Below, in pieces: positions 1-12,493 of a stretch of 64,000 nucleotides of DNA. Made by a program: the position numbers and the translations under genes. The stretch is from contig CM075987.1 of assembly GCA_038087875.1 (NCBI GenBank), forward strand, positions 24,182,001 through 24,246,000, written 5' to 3'. Numbering within the stretch: position 1 is the stretch's first letter; every line of letters starts with the position of its first letter. Below the pieces are notes generated by a model. It saw only the letters and a list, made by a program, of their open reading frames with translations, was not told the origin of the DNA and made no database searches. The stretch is from Malacoraja senta (Eukaryota).

Positions 1-417
1 GTCCACGAACAAACCCTGCGTGATTGATATTTTGAATGCACGCATGCTAAATTTGGTCGAAACACCATATTCTCCACATGGACCAAATAGAGAGATGGAA
101 TTCAGCAATTTAAGAAATAAATTGTAACTCATCAAAACGCTATGTTTAATTTAATTCATTTGGACCGACAAAACTCAGGTGATCTCAGATTTCAAAAACT
201 CTAGTTTTGAGAGTACGACATCATTACCTTTCTGGGAAATAATGACCTGCTTCTGGCGAGTTTTGAATAACTGGAACATCGTAATATTGTTTAACGTTAA
301 CCTCATTGACCAGTCATCCACCTCCAGTTCTTTGCGTTCAGAATATTTTTCAATGGATCAGGTTTTAAACACACGCTGGACATTTGCTTTGGCCTAGCTT
401 TTGCTTTCTCAAACCTA

Positions 418-695
418 GGTGGCACAGGGGTAGAGTTGCTACCTTACAGTGCCAGAGACCCGGGTTCGATCCTGACTACGGGTGCTATCAGTACGGAGCT
501 TGCACTTTCTCCCTGTGACCTGCGTGGGTTTTCTCCGGGTGCTCCGGTTTCCACCCACACTCCAAAGATGTGCAGGATTGTAGATCTGAAGAAGCGTCTC
601 GACCCGAAACGTCACCCATTCCTTCTCTCCAGAGATGCTGCCTGTCCCAATGAGTTACTCCAGCATCTTGTGTCTATCTCAGGTTTGTAGGTCAA
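418..695 (+). mobile_element. HE1/V-SINE-like SINE, partial, with a Penelope-derived insert at 584-679
   Basis: tRNA-like head (GGTGGCACAGGGGTAG..GGTTCGATCC) and V-domain-like core; insert flanked by CAGGATTGTAG / CAGGTTTGTAG. Confidence 0.85.
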
Positions 696-1559
696 TTTGC
701 ATTTTCCCACTCAGCATTTAAAATGGCATTTTAAAATGCATTCAAGATGTTGGAATAAACTGCAGGCTGACTCAAGTAAGAATGAATTGAGTGATGAGAG
801 TTGAGCAACTTTATATTTATTTTGCAGTGTGATGAAGAACCTCCACAGTGCAACACAACTCTGACAATGTTGTTTACAATGGAGACACAAGGAACTGAAG
901 ATATTGTTTTACAAAAGATAAACACAAAGTTCTTGGAGTAACTCAACGGGTCAGGCAGCATCTCTGGAGGACATGGATAGGCGACGTTTTGGGTCGGGAA
1001 CACTTCTTCCTTTGCTTATATTAAATTGAATTGAATTGAATTGAATTCTTTGCTTGCATACCCAAATACTTGCCCATAAAGGGTGACAAAGTTACAAATT
1101 CCCCACCATGCGCCAGTTCCCCCGTTGTTCTTCCCCCTCCCCCTCCCTCACGGCAGCCCCCCATGCTGAGTCCTCCATGGTTCTTTCCCTCGGCAGTGAT
1201 GTCCTCACTTCCACGTGGTCCGACCTCGTCTGGTGGTCGACGCCATTATTGACCGGCGCAACGACCTCTCCACTAACGCTGCCGGGTCCTCTCCGTGGTG
1301 CCGACCCAGGCCCCAGCCACGGGCTCCTTCGGCCCAGGGACCGTTATAAAGTCTACAAGGAGGGAAGGTGTTGAAAGCAGCAGTCCCACGTGCTACATAG
1401 CTTGCTCCAGATAAATTGGGGCTTAAAGACATTGTTAACACTATGTGAAGGAGGGGTGTTGCAGCATTAACCATTTTATTTTTTACTGGATTTGGTAATG
1501 TTTCATAATGCAGGCAATGAAGTATCAAAATGAAAGAAAAACATATTTCCTTTCATGTG

Positions 1560-1865
1560 ATAGGAGAAAAGTTACGCCATTTGGCCCATCATGTCTACTC
1601 CACCCTTCAATCATGGCTGATCTATCTTTCTCTCTCAACCCCATTTCTCCTGCCTTCTCCCCGTATCCCCTGACACCCGCACTAATCAAGAATCTATCGA
1701 TCTCTGCCTTAAAAATATCCATTGACTTGGCCTCCACAGACTTCTGTGGCTGTGAATTCCACAGATTTGCCACCCTCTGACTAAAGAAATTCTGAGGCTA
1801 TGGCCTCTGATCTTGGGCTCTCCCACTAGCGTAAACATCCTCTCCACATCCACTCCATCCAAGCC
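1560..1865 (-). mobile_element. CR1 LINE 3' fragment
   Basis: ORFs 1525-1773 and 1686-2096 include VDVERMF..RGHSL and NLWNS..IFKAEIDRFL. Confidence 0.85.
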
Positions 1866-2212
1866 AATATGTTTCACATTGGTGAGCAGAACATGCAATG
1901 TTTGTTTTGAAAGAACAAATGAATAAGGCCAGACTGGATTAGGTGTGCGTGTAATTATGGCCAAACCGTGAGTGTTTTTTGTCAGTACATTGTGAAACTG
2001 GCAGCAAGATTTGGAGCACATCGAGTTTCTCCAGTTCAAATGACAAAATCCAAAAGTTGCTATAATTGGATAATAAGGCACTGCCAGAATGAACAATAAT
2101 TGAAATCATTGAACTGGTAGGAGGCTCAAAATCTATCTCATTGTCTTCATTGTAAAAACATTTTAAAAGGATAAACACTGTTGAGTGCAATATGGAGCAT
2201 TTAAATGATATC

Positions 2213-3008
2213 TTTTTTATTTTTTTAAATTTTATTTTATTAGAAGTACAGAAATATGGCACCAAGGTGCCTAATATATATTGACATGATACATTGTATG
2301 TACAGCTTCTTTTTTTTTAAATAATAAAAAAGAAAAAGAGAGAATGGATAATAAAAGATAGAAAAACGTGTGATATATAGTGTGCGAAAAGGAGAAAAGG
2401 GTGAAAGAAGAAAACTGAAGAAAAGAAGATAGAGAGAGAAAGAGTAGAAAGTAAGAGATTAAGATCATTATCTACGATTCTGTTGCACCAAATTCTTCCA
2501 AAATATCAACAAATGGAGACCAACTCATTAAGAATTGGTCTGATTTATCTGTTAGGAGGAATCGCATTTCCTCAAGATGTGCGGTATCCAACATATGTGA
2601 AATCCACATTTTAAGCGTTGGTATGGGGGTATTTTTCCAAAATTTAAGTATACGTTAACCCATAATTAAAAAATAAATTTTGAGATGAGTTCAATTTATT
2701 CCCATCTTCCATTACTCCAAATATAATCATTTCAGTATTAAGTTCCATTTTTATCTTGAATAATTTTGTAAATATTTCAAAAATATCACACCCAGAATTT
2801 ATAAAGTTTTATGCAGGAAACAAAAGAGTGTGTTATAGTTGCATTTCAGGATAGACATTTATCACAAATGGGGGAGGTATTTGGATAGAATTTATTCAAT
2901 CTAGTTTTTGAATAATATAATCTATGTAAAATTTTAAATTGAATTAAATTGTGTCTTACATTAATCGAACATTTGTGTATATATATCAAATACTTTTCCC
3001 ATGTATTT
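2213..3008 (-). mobile_element. L1-clade 3' fragment with 3' UTR and A-rich tail
   Basis: The reverse complement of 2900-2980 matches L1 ORF2 at 11862-11940 (AAATGTTCGATTAATGTAAGACAC..TTACATAGATTATATTATTC); AATAAA and A-rich tail at 2213-2243 on the minus strand. Confidence 0.9.
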
Positions 3009-3274
3009 AAATGTTATCTAAGCCGTAATTAATCCTACAAGGAAAACAGACACAAAAAGCTGGAGTAACTCAGCGGGACAGGCACCATCTCTGCATAGAA
3101 GGAATGGGTGATGTTTCGGGTCAAGACCCTTCTTGGTTACCCATATCTCTGCCTAAAAAATATCCATTGACTTCATAGCCTTCTGTGGCAAAGAATTCCA
3201 CAGTTTAACAGTCCTTGAGACGGAAGGATGCAGAAATAACTGGCGGAAGAAGCACATCATCACTCTGCACCTCA

Positions 3275-3571
3275 GGTCGGCACGGTAGTGGAGCAATAGA
3301 GTTGCTGCCTACAGCGCCAGAGACCTGGGTTCAGTCCCGACTGCGGGTGCTGTCTGTACGGAGTTTGTACGTTCTCCCCGGGACCTGCGTGGGTTTTCTC
3401 CGAGTTCTTCAGTTTCCTCCCACACTCCAAAGAAGTACAGGTTAATTGGCTTGGTATAAATGTAAAATTGTCCCTGGTGTGTGTAGGATGGTGTTAATGT
3501 GTGGGGATCGCTGGTCGGTGCGGACTCGCTGGGCCGAAGGGCCTGTTTCCATGCTGTATCTCTAAACTAAC
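3275..3571 (+). mobile_element. HE1/V-SINE-like SINE
   Basis: A/B-box head, conserved core, CR1-type tail GGGCCGAAGGGCCTGTTTCC and TAAAC repeat. Confidence 0.9.
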
Positions 3572-5149
3572 TGGGAACTACAGTGAACACTTTGTTACTT
3601 TGTCGGTGCCCTATACGTAGCGTCCCTTTTCAAAAGACTATATTATTATTTGTCATTTGCACTATATTTGTTATTTATTGAACGATTTCTTTTTTTTCCC
3701 CATTATATACAATGTTTACATATTCACAAATTCTTTTGTGCAGCAGCAAGTAAGAATTTCATTGTCCCGTCCGGGACATATGACAATAAAACACTCTTGA
3801 CTCTTGACTCTTGACTTTGTGTACGGTATTCAAAACAAATAATTTCTCTGTGACATGTCACATGTCATAATAAAGTGTCAATCAATCAATCAATCAATCA
3901 GACAATGGGTAACTGTCACTAAACTACTGAATATAACTTTCTGTCCTCTGTGATTCAAATACTTTTTTGGGAAACTAAATATTTCTTCATGTTTAATGCA
4001 TTGTCACTCAAGCATGGCTTGGAATAAATGCAAAGCCAGTCGCTTGAGCAGCGTTTATTCCATGACCAGCTAAGAAGTTTGAAGAAGGGTCTCTACCCGA
4101 AACGTCGCAAAGTTCTTCCCTCCAGAGATGCTCCCTGTCCTGCTGGGTTACTCCAGCTTTTTAGAAACATAGAAATATAGGAAAATAGGTGCAGGAGTAG
4201 GCCATTTAGCACTTTGGGCCAACATCTCCATTCAATATGATCATGGCTGATCATCCAAAATCAGTACCCCGTTCCTGCTTTCTCCCCATATCCCTTCATT
4301 CTGTTAGCCTGAAGAGCTGTATCTAACTCTCTCTAGAAACCAGGGAGATTGTCCTCTACTGCCTTCTGTGGCAGAGAATGCCACGATTTTTTGTGTCTAT
4401 CTTTGTTTAAACCAGCATCCGCAGTTCCTTCCTGGACAGGTAAGAGGAAAACTAGTCCTTTATTTCAATGTAGTCTTGGGGAACATTTGCTGTTTGCATT
4501 ACCAGGTCACAGTAGCCAATCTTCAAAACCACGTTGCAACTGAGAAGAGTTTTAGCTCACTTTGAATACATGAAAGGCCAGAAAATAAATGCAAATCCTT
4601 CTTTACCTGCCTCAATTCAACTAATTTTAAATCATCGAGCCACCAATGCTTTTTAGTGGAAAATCGGACTCCATCAATCAGTCAAAAACAAACATGAGGC
4701 ATCATTTTCTCATCATAACAGATGTTCACAAAGTGCAACCAGTAATGTTGCCCCATAAAGTAATACCCCATCATAATATCTCAATGTTGTAACGGCAAGC
4801 AGCTGTTTTTAAGTAACTTTGATGCCGTTGCAATTTTGTCACAAACACATCATTAATTTTTTTTCGTACGCAATATTACTTTTTTTTTTAACCAGAGGGC
4901 CAAAGGAGATGTTTATTCCGCTAACACTGACATGAACAGAGAATTACAGCCATAACATAATGGGAATTACCACCAGAAAAAATAAATCAATTAGATGGTC
5001 TTTCATGCCAGGTAAAGTAGAGAGACTAATTAAAGTGTTCGAGTGGTCAGACGCGAAGGTTGAAACTGACGGTGATCCTGCATTTAATTGTATGATAATA
5101 TATTTTATTTCATGCTGATTCTTAGGCAAATCAGACAATATGTCCGCAT

Positions 5150-5436
5150 TTAGTTCGGAGATACAGCGTGGAAACTGGCCCTTAAACCCACCGAGTCTGC
5201 GCCGACCAGCGTTCATCCCGTACGCTAACGCTATCCTACACACACTGGGGACCGTTTACAATCTTCATCGAAGCTAATTAACCCACAAAAATTCTACGTC
5301 TTTGGAATGTGGGAGGAAACCGGAGCACCAGGGGAATGCCCACATGGTCACGGGGAGAACATACTAACTCCGTACAGACAAGTAGCCATAGTCAGGATCG
5401 AACCCGGGTCTCTGGCGTTGTAAGGGAGTAACCCTA
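5150..5436 (-). mobile_element. HE1/V-SINE-like SINE
   Basis: Reverse complement of the same SINE consensus. Confidence 0.85.
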
Positions 5437-5501
5437 CAACAAGTTCATTTTTAATTAACACCGCACTATTTCCCAGCTTCTTTAACAATTTATTGAGCAA
5501 T

Positions 5502-5793
5502 GGGCGGCACGGTGGTGCAGCGGTCGAGTTGCTGCCTTATGGTGCCAGAGACCCGGGTTCAATCCTGACTATGGGTGCTGTCTGTAGAGAACTTGTACAT
5601 TCTCCCTTTGACCCGTGTGGGTTTTCCCCGGGTGCTCCAGTTTCCTCCCCACACACAGATTTGTCGGATAATTGGCTTCGGTAAAGATTGTGTGTCAGAT
5701 GGTGTTAGCGTTCGGGAATCGCTGGTCGGTGCAGACTCAGTGGGACGAAGGGCCTGTTTCCGCACTGTATCACTAAACTAAACTAAACTAAAC
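5502..5793 (+). mobile_element. HE1/V-SINE-like SINE
   Basis: GGGCGGCACGGTGGTGCAGCGG head through a (TAAAC)n tail. Confidence 0.9.
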
Positions 5794-6133
5794 TGTGGTG
5801 GTATATCATGTGGACGAAGCCTAATAATGCTGCTTGTGCAAGATGTGAATGTTTAACATGGTAGACAGGTGCTGTCGGTACGGAGTTTGTACCTTCTCCC
5901 CGTGACCTGCGTGGGTTTTCCCCGGGGTTTAAAGTAAAAGCAAGACAAAACATATATACAAATAGTTGTGTAACCCAAATAAGCAAAATATTGCAATGGA
6001 TACAGGAGTTTTTATTTCCCAGTATTCGTTGAAGTTAAAATATCATGGGGTAGTCCAGTTACATCCTCATGAACTATTTTCAAGTCAATATTTTAGCAGT
6101 AACTTTAAACCAATCAATTTTTAAAATAATTTA

Positions 6134-6422
6134 GGATGGCACTGTGGCGCAGCGGTAGAGTTGCTGCCTTACAGCGCTTTCAGCACCAGAGACCCGGGTT
6201 CAATCCCGACTATGGGTGCTGTCTGTACGGAGTTTGTTCTCCCCATGACTGTCTGAGTTTCCCCCGAGATATTCGGTTTCCTCCCACACTCCAAAGACAT
6301 ACAGGTTTGTATATTAATTGGCGTTGTATAGTTGTAAAATTGTCCCTAGTGTGTGTAGGATAGAGTTAATATGCGGGGATCGTTGGTTGGCGTGGACTCG
6401 GGTGAAACTGAACCAAACTAAA
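6134..6422 (+). mobile_element. HE1/V-SINE-like SINE
   Basis: Same consensus with a partly deleted tail. Confidence 0.85.
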
Positions 6423-7088
6423 GTAGTATGTCAAAAAAGAGAAATTACAAATACTTGGTAGACAAAAATGCAGGAGAAACTCAGCGGGTGAGGCAGCATC
6501 TATGGCCTCGACCCGAAACGTCACCTATTCCTTCGTTCCATAGATGCTGCCTCACCCGCTGAGTTTCTCCAGCATTTTTCCTTCGATTTTTCCAGCATCT
6601 GCAGTTCCTTCTCAAAAACTACAAAAACTTTGTGCCTTTCATAACCTCAAGCTAAAGTTCTTATAGCCATCTATGTACAGTACTTTTGAACGCTCATCCC
6701 CGAATGACTTGGGGAACGCAACTTCCAATGTGCACACCACAAAGGATAAATAACCCATTCCTTGGTTCCTGTTCTTGTTGAAGACGTTGGCCTGCTAAAA
6801 TCCTCTACTCTCTCTCGGATGGTGTGGGAATATTTCTATCCAGTGCAAAGGACAGGGTCTTGGTTTGATGATATCCATTATACTTGTCTATGATTTGATT
6901 GTATTCATGCATGGGATGACCTGACTGGATAGCATGCAGAACAAACTTCATCACTAGATCTTGGTACAATGTCAATAATAATCAAAGACCAACATCACTG
7001 CGATCATGGCTGATCTCCACATTCAGTACCCCGTTCCTGCCTTCTCACCATATGCCCTGATTTTGCCATCTTTAAGAGCTCCATCTAA

Positions 7089-7191
7089 AGGGCCTGTCCC
7101 ACTTGCCGATTTTTTTGGTGACTGCTGGCGTCATTGACTGACGTATCAGGGTCGCCGAAAGATTTTGAACATCTCAAAACCCAGCGGCGAC
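7089..7191. mobile_element. Left end of PIF/Harbinger-like MITE
   Basis: TAA then AGGGCCTGTCCCACTTG, the same TIR as the complete copies at 13725, 19471 and 57906. Confidence 0.75.
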
Positions 7192-7945
7192 GGACATTCT
7201 GTGTTCCAAACGAAGTAAACAGCCGAACCGAAGAGAATGGACTATACCAGAAGCATTAATTGTTTAATAGATTATAATATTAAATCCAATTGTAAGAATT
7301 GATCCTATTAACAACTTAACAATTTAACAAGCTATCAATATTAAACTAGAATAGTAACGGACGCTAACAATAAAAATAACGAACTAACATAACTAACATA
7401 AATTTTTACTAAATCTAAACCTTATCTATAACTGGGAGGAGGGGATGAGAAACGAGCACCAGGTCCAGGAACACGTTTCATTAACCCCTTCAACCAACAG
7501 TTGATTATTATTGAAGGTAAAATTATTTGTTTAATAATTAGTAGATAAAATTGCGATATATATATGATATGTTATAATGAAATATATAGGGTAAATTTGT
7601 ATTATATATCTGATTGTGAGGCCCCGTCCTATTATGTTATGATTAACCAAGGATGCGGAGTTATTTGTTTAACATCAACAATGGAAGTCGAAACAAGGTT
7701 TTCTCCCACCTACAGGTGGGCCACTTGTTACAGTGTCGACCATGTTAGACACTGTATTTTCACTCTTTCAATTTTTTTTAAATTATTATTATTACCACAT
7801 AAAGTCACATGTTTGTGTTTTGTGTTTAGTGATAAGCGTAAAAGGGATATGCCAACAAAACTTAGTAATGCAAAGGTTCCCCCAATACCCAAATACCTGA
7901 GACATGGATGCACCGCAAGATTTAAAGGTATTATAATTATTCAAA

Positions 7946-10900
7946 ATGCAAGATGTTAAACAAAAGAACCTAGGAGGAGTCTCATTCTGCAGTTGGAATA
8001 TAAGAGGTATTAATGAACCTATTAAAAGGGGTAAGATATTAGCTCAGCTGAAACTGTACAATTCTGACATCATTTTCTTACAAGAAACTCATCTAAAATC
8101 CCGGGATCAAGCTAGGTTGAGGACGAAATGGATAGGTCAAATATACAATTCTTCATATACTTCGAAATCTAGAGGTACGTCAATCATTATTAGAAAAGGT
8201 ATACCATTCAAAGCAAAGAATACCATAACAGACATTGAAGGGAGATATTTGATAGTTACCGGAGAAATTCATGATACTCCAATTACTTTGGTAAATATAT
8301 ACGCGCCTAACTTTGACAATCCTCATTTTTTCAATAACATTCTGAACATAATCGCAGAGTTTAATTATCAAAATGTTATAATAGGAGGAGACTTTAACTG
8401 TGTTTTAGATCCGTATTTAGACAAATCAAGCCAAAAACAGAGAGGGAATACGAAATCTTAAACTAGTGAACTTTTAAATGCTTATATAAATAATACCAAT
8501 ATAACAGATGTTTGGAGAATTGCTAATCCGACTGGCAGGGAATACTCGTTTTATTCAATGGTACACAAAACATACTCACGTATAGATTATTTCCTGGTGG
8601 ATACAAAATTAATCCCTCACACTGTGAACCCAGCATACCATACAAATTCGATTTCAGACCATTCACCACTAACTTTCTTTTTAAAACTGGAAGGAATGTC
8701 TAAGAATAAATCGTTTTGGAGATTCAATTCTCAAATCCTAAAAGATCCGCAAGTGAGAATATATTTAAAAGAACAAATGGACGTCTTTTTTGAAATAAAT
8801 GACACTCCAGATATATCGCCTACTTTACTATGGGAATCTTTTAAAGCATTTATTAGAGGTGTTATAATCTCATACCAAGCTTTTCAAAATAAAAAGAATA
8901 AGAATGAACAAAGACAGTTAGAAGAACTTTTTAGACAAATGGATATAGATAATGCTAAAGATCCATCAATAGATAAACATAATAAAATAATAATTTTGAA
9001 ATTTAAATTAAATAAACTATTATCAGCCAAACTTATAAGACTTTTCCAAATTACAAAACAGGAACACTTTGAATTTGGGGATAAACCGCATAAACTTTTG
9101 GCTCGTCAGCTAAAAAAACGAGAAAAAGAACATACGATCCAAAATATTAAATCAGATAGAGGGGAATTACTAACCATACCGAAGGATATTAATAAAAGAT
9201 TTGCGCAATTTTATGAGAATTTGTACACATCTAAAACGACAACGGACTCCAATAAAATTACAGAGTTCTTGGATAATTGTAATCTTCCAAAGTTAGAGTT
9301 GAAGGAACAAGAGGAATTGGGTGCACAAATTTCAATCAAGGAATTAGAAGACACAATAAATTCATTAAAGAATGGAAAAACTCCAGGTCCTGATGGATTT
9401 ACTAATGAATTTTATAAAAGCTTTTATGACAAAATTATACCACGGTTACAAAAAATGTATCAATATGCTTTTAAAAAACAAATATTACCTGATACATTAG
9501 CTGAATCAACAATCACACTAATACTTAAAAAAGACTAAAATATAGAAGAACCCGGTTCATATAGAGCTATAGCATTGTTAAATACAGATCAAAAAATATT
9601 AGCTAAAACATTAGCTAGAAGATTAAGTAAATATATTAGTAAATTAATAAACCCAGATCAGACTGGGTTGATCCCTAAGAGATATTCATCTAATAATATG
9701 AGACGTCTACTCAATATAATGCACTCACACAAAATTGAAGAACAAGAATTATCAATTATTTCGCTGGACGCTGAAAAAGCATTTGACCAAGTAGAATGGA
9801 ATTATATGGATAAAGTATTACAAAAATTCCAACTGGGAGTGAATTTTATTTTATGGATTAAATTATTATATAATAAACCTACAGCTAGAATACTAACTAA
9901 TAACATATTATCCTCGAAATTTCAACTATCAAGGGGAAACAGACAAGGATGCTCATTATCACCACAGTTGTTTGCTCTCATAATTGAACCTTTAGCAGAA
10001 AAAATTAGAACACATCCAGATATCCATGGGTATAATACTAAATACTCAAATAATAAAATATCTTTATACGCGGATGATATATTATTGTACATTACAAAAC
10101 CTCAAATTACTATACCAAACATACTAAATCTAATTGAGGACTTTGGATCCTTTTCTGGATACAGAATAAATTGGAATAAAAGTGAAATTATGTCAATAAA
10201 ACTGAAAGACTCAACACATCTTTTAAAATTCCCTTTTAAAATAGCTACAGAAAAATTTAAATACTTGGGTATTGAAATCACCAGAATATATCAAGGCATG
10301 TTCAAAGCAAATTATGATCCTCTACTTAATAAATTAAATACATTAATTAAATTTTGGAAAATGCTTCCGATGTCTTTAATAGGCCGAATAAATGCAATAA
10401 AAATGATCTTCTTACCACAAATTTTATACCTATTTCAATCGATTCCTATATACCTACCAAAGAAGTTTTTAAAAAAATTGGACTCAGACATTATTAATTT
10501 TATATGGGATTATAAATCCCATAGAATACAAAGAACACACTTGAACAAAGCTAAAGTATTAGGGGGCTTAGCACTCCCTAACTTCATGTATTATTATTGG
10601 TCAGTAAATATTAAAAATATGATCCAACTGATGGACAACTCTGCCCAGCAAGTGGACTGGATTGTAATGGAGAGAGAGGACTGCTCCTCTGGTAATATTG
10701 GAGCGGTCCTCCTCTCACCAATGAAACTGAATAACATAAATTATAACAAAAACCCAATTATACATAGTACAATCAGAACTTGGAAACAAATAAAACAAAA
10801 TTTAAAATTAAGAAATCTATCGCTTTTATCCCCAATAGTTAATAACCCTTCGTTTAATCCCTCTATTACAGACAAATCTTTTATACAATGGGATAGACTA

Positions 10901-12357
10901 GGAATTAAAATGTTCGGTGACTTGTATGAAACTGGAAAATTACTATCATTCCAACAATTACAAATAAAATATAAACTGGGAAATAATCAATACTTTAAAT
11001 ATTTTCAAATATGTGACTATTTGAAAAAATATACTAAAGATCATTATAATATCCCAGCAGATGTATTGGATGAAGCAATGCAGATAAAAGCTGAATCAGC
11101 AAACAATATCATATTTGTATAATATTATCTTAAATGTAGAAATACCATCTACGGAAGGTATTAGAAGAGACTGGGAACAAGAATTAGCTATTAAAATCTC
11201 AAAGGAAAGGTGGAATGAACATTTATTAAACGTTAAAAGGATTTGAGTATAGGAGCAGGGAGGTTCTACTGCAGTTGTACAGGGTCTTGGTGAGACCACA
11301 CCTGGAGTATTGCGTACAGTTTAGGTCTCCAAATCTGAGGAAGGACATTATAGCCATAGAGGGAGTGCAGAGAAGGTTCACCAGACTGATTCCTGGGATG
11401 TCAGGACTTTCATATGAAGAAAGACTGGATAGACTCGGCTTATACTCACTGGAATTTAGGAGATTGAGAGGGGATCTTATAGAAACTTACAAAATTCTTA
11501 TGGGGTTGGACAGGCTAGATGCAGGAAGATTGTTCCCGATGTTGGGGAAGTCCAGGACAAGGGGTCACAGCTTAAGGATAAGGGGGAAATCCTTTAAGAC
11601 CGAGATGAGAAAAAACGTTTTCACACAGAGAGTGGTGAATCTCAGGAACTCTCTGCCACAGAGGGTAGTTGAGGCCAGTTCATTGGCTATATTTAAGAGG
11701 GAGTTAGATGTGGCCCTTGTGGCTAAAGGGATCAGGGAGTATGGAGAGAAGGCAGGTACAGGATACTGAGTTGGATGATCAGCCATGATCATATTGAATG
11801 GTGGTGCAGGCTCGAAGGGCCGAATGGCCTACTCCTGCACCTATTTTCTATGTATCTATGTGCATAAATGTTCGATTAATGTAAGACACACTTTAATACA
11901 ATTTAAAATTTTACATAGATTATATTATTCAAAAACTAAAATTAATAAAATTTTCCCCAATGTATCATCCATTTGTGATAAATGTCAGTCTCAAGAAGCT
12001 ACTATAGCGCACTCATTTGTTTTTTGTACAAAAATTCAAAGATTTTGGATTGACATTTTTGAAATCTTTACAAAATTATTTAAAATAAAACTGATACCAA
12101 AAGCAGAATGGATTATCTTCGGAACAACGGAAGATAGTCCTGAACTAAATGTGTTTCAAAAGAAATGAATAGATTACGGGTTAATAACTGGAAAAAAGTT
12201 AATCCTACAATTCTGGAAAAACGCTCCAATACCAACTATAAACATGTGGATTTCAAATATGTTTGAAACATTACACCTGGAAGAGATACTCCTGGCAGGT
12301 AAACCAGATCACTTCCACCTGACGTGGTCTGCATTTATAGAATTATTACAAGTATAG
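7946..12357 (+). pseudogene. Disrupted L1-clade LINE ORF2 (APE endonuclease, reverse transcriptase, C-terminal Cys/His motif)
   Basis: ORFs 7946-8461, 8558-9538, 9575-11122 and 11785-12168 carry EN motifs (SWNIRG, FLQETH, NIYAPN, GGDFN, SRIDYF, SDH), RT motifs (KTPGPDG, LDAEKAFD, RQGCSLSP, YADD) and CDKC..HSFVFC. In-frame stops at 8459, 9536 and 12166, a frameshift near 11100 and a CR1 insertion. Reading past 12168 gives a typical C-terminus ending TAG at 12357. Confidence 0.95.
11234..11861 (+). mobile_element. 5'-truncated CR1 LINE inserted in L1 ORF2
   Basis: ORF 11275-11769 (LVRPHLEYCVQF..RRLRGDLIETYKI..RTRGHSL) is a CR1 RT C-terminus; tail CTATGTATCTATGT. The L1 frame rejoins as TTAAAC-GT-GCATAAATG (2-bp GT overlap). 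Confidence 0.95.
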
Positions 12358-12368
12358 GGACAGGCCCT
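12357..12368. mobile_element. Right TIR remnant of PIF/Harbinger-like MITE
   Basis: GGGACAGGCCCT followed by TTA; exact reverse complement of 7089-7100. Confidence 0.65.
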
Positions 12369-12493
12369 TTACAATTCCCACCACAGGAGCAACTTCCCCG
12401 AACCCAGTGTTTTAAAAGCAACAATATTAGATTAAATAGGTTCCTACCGAAGATAGACACAAAAAGCTGGAGTAGCTCAGTGGGACAGGCAGA

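Larger units (their letters stand above)
7192..12357 (+). mobile_element. L1-clade LINE fragment (AT-rich inter-ORF spacer plus ORF2; no 3' UTR or poly(A))
   Basis: About 750 bp of AT-rich sequence precedes the ORF2 start; the element ends at the ORF2 stop codon. The 5' boundary is approximate. Confidence 0.8.

Noticed and set aside
1939..2265. 108-aa minus-strand ORF
   Set aside because: It starts in the L1 A-rich tail and has no clear splice sites or recognisable homology.
5502..5580. tRNA genes
   Set aside because: The A/B-box sequences are SINE heads that continue into the SINE core and tail.
7564..7959. 131-aa ORF upstream of L1 ORF2 as ORF1
   Set aside because: No coiled-coil or RRM character; it lies in the AT-rich inter-ORF spacer.
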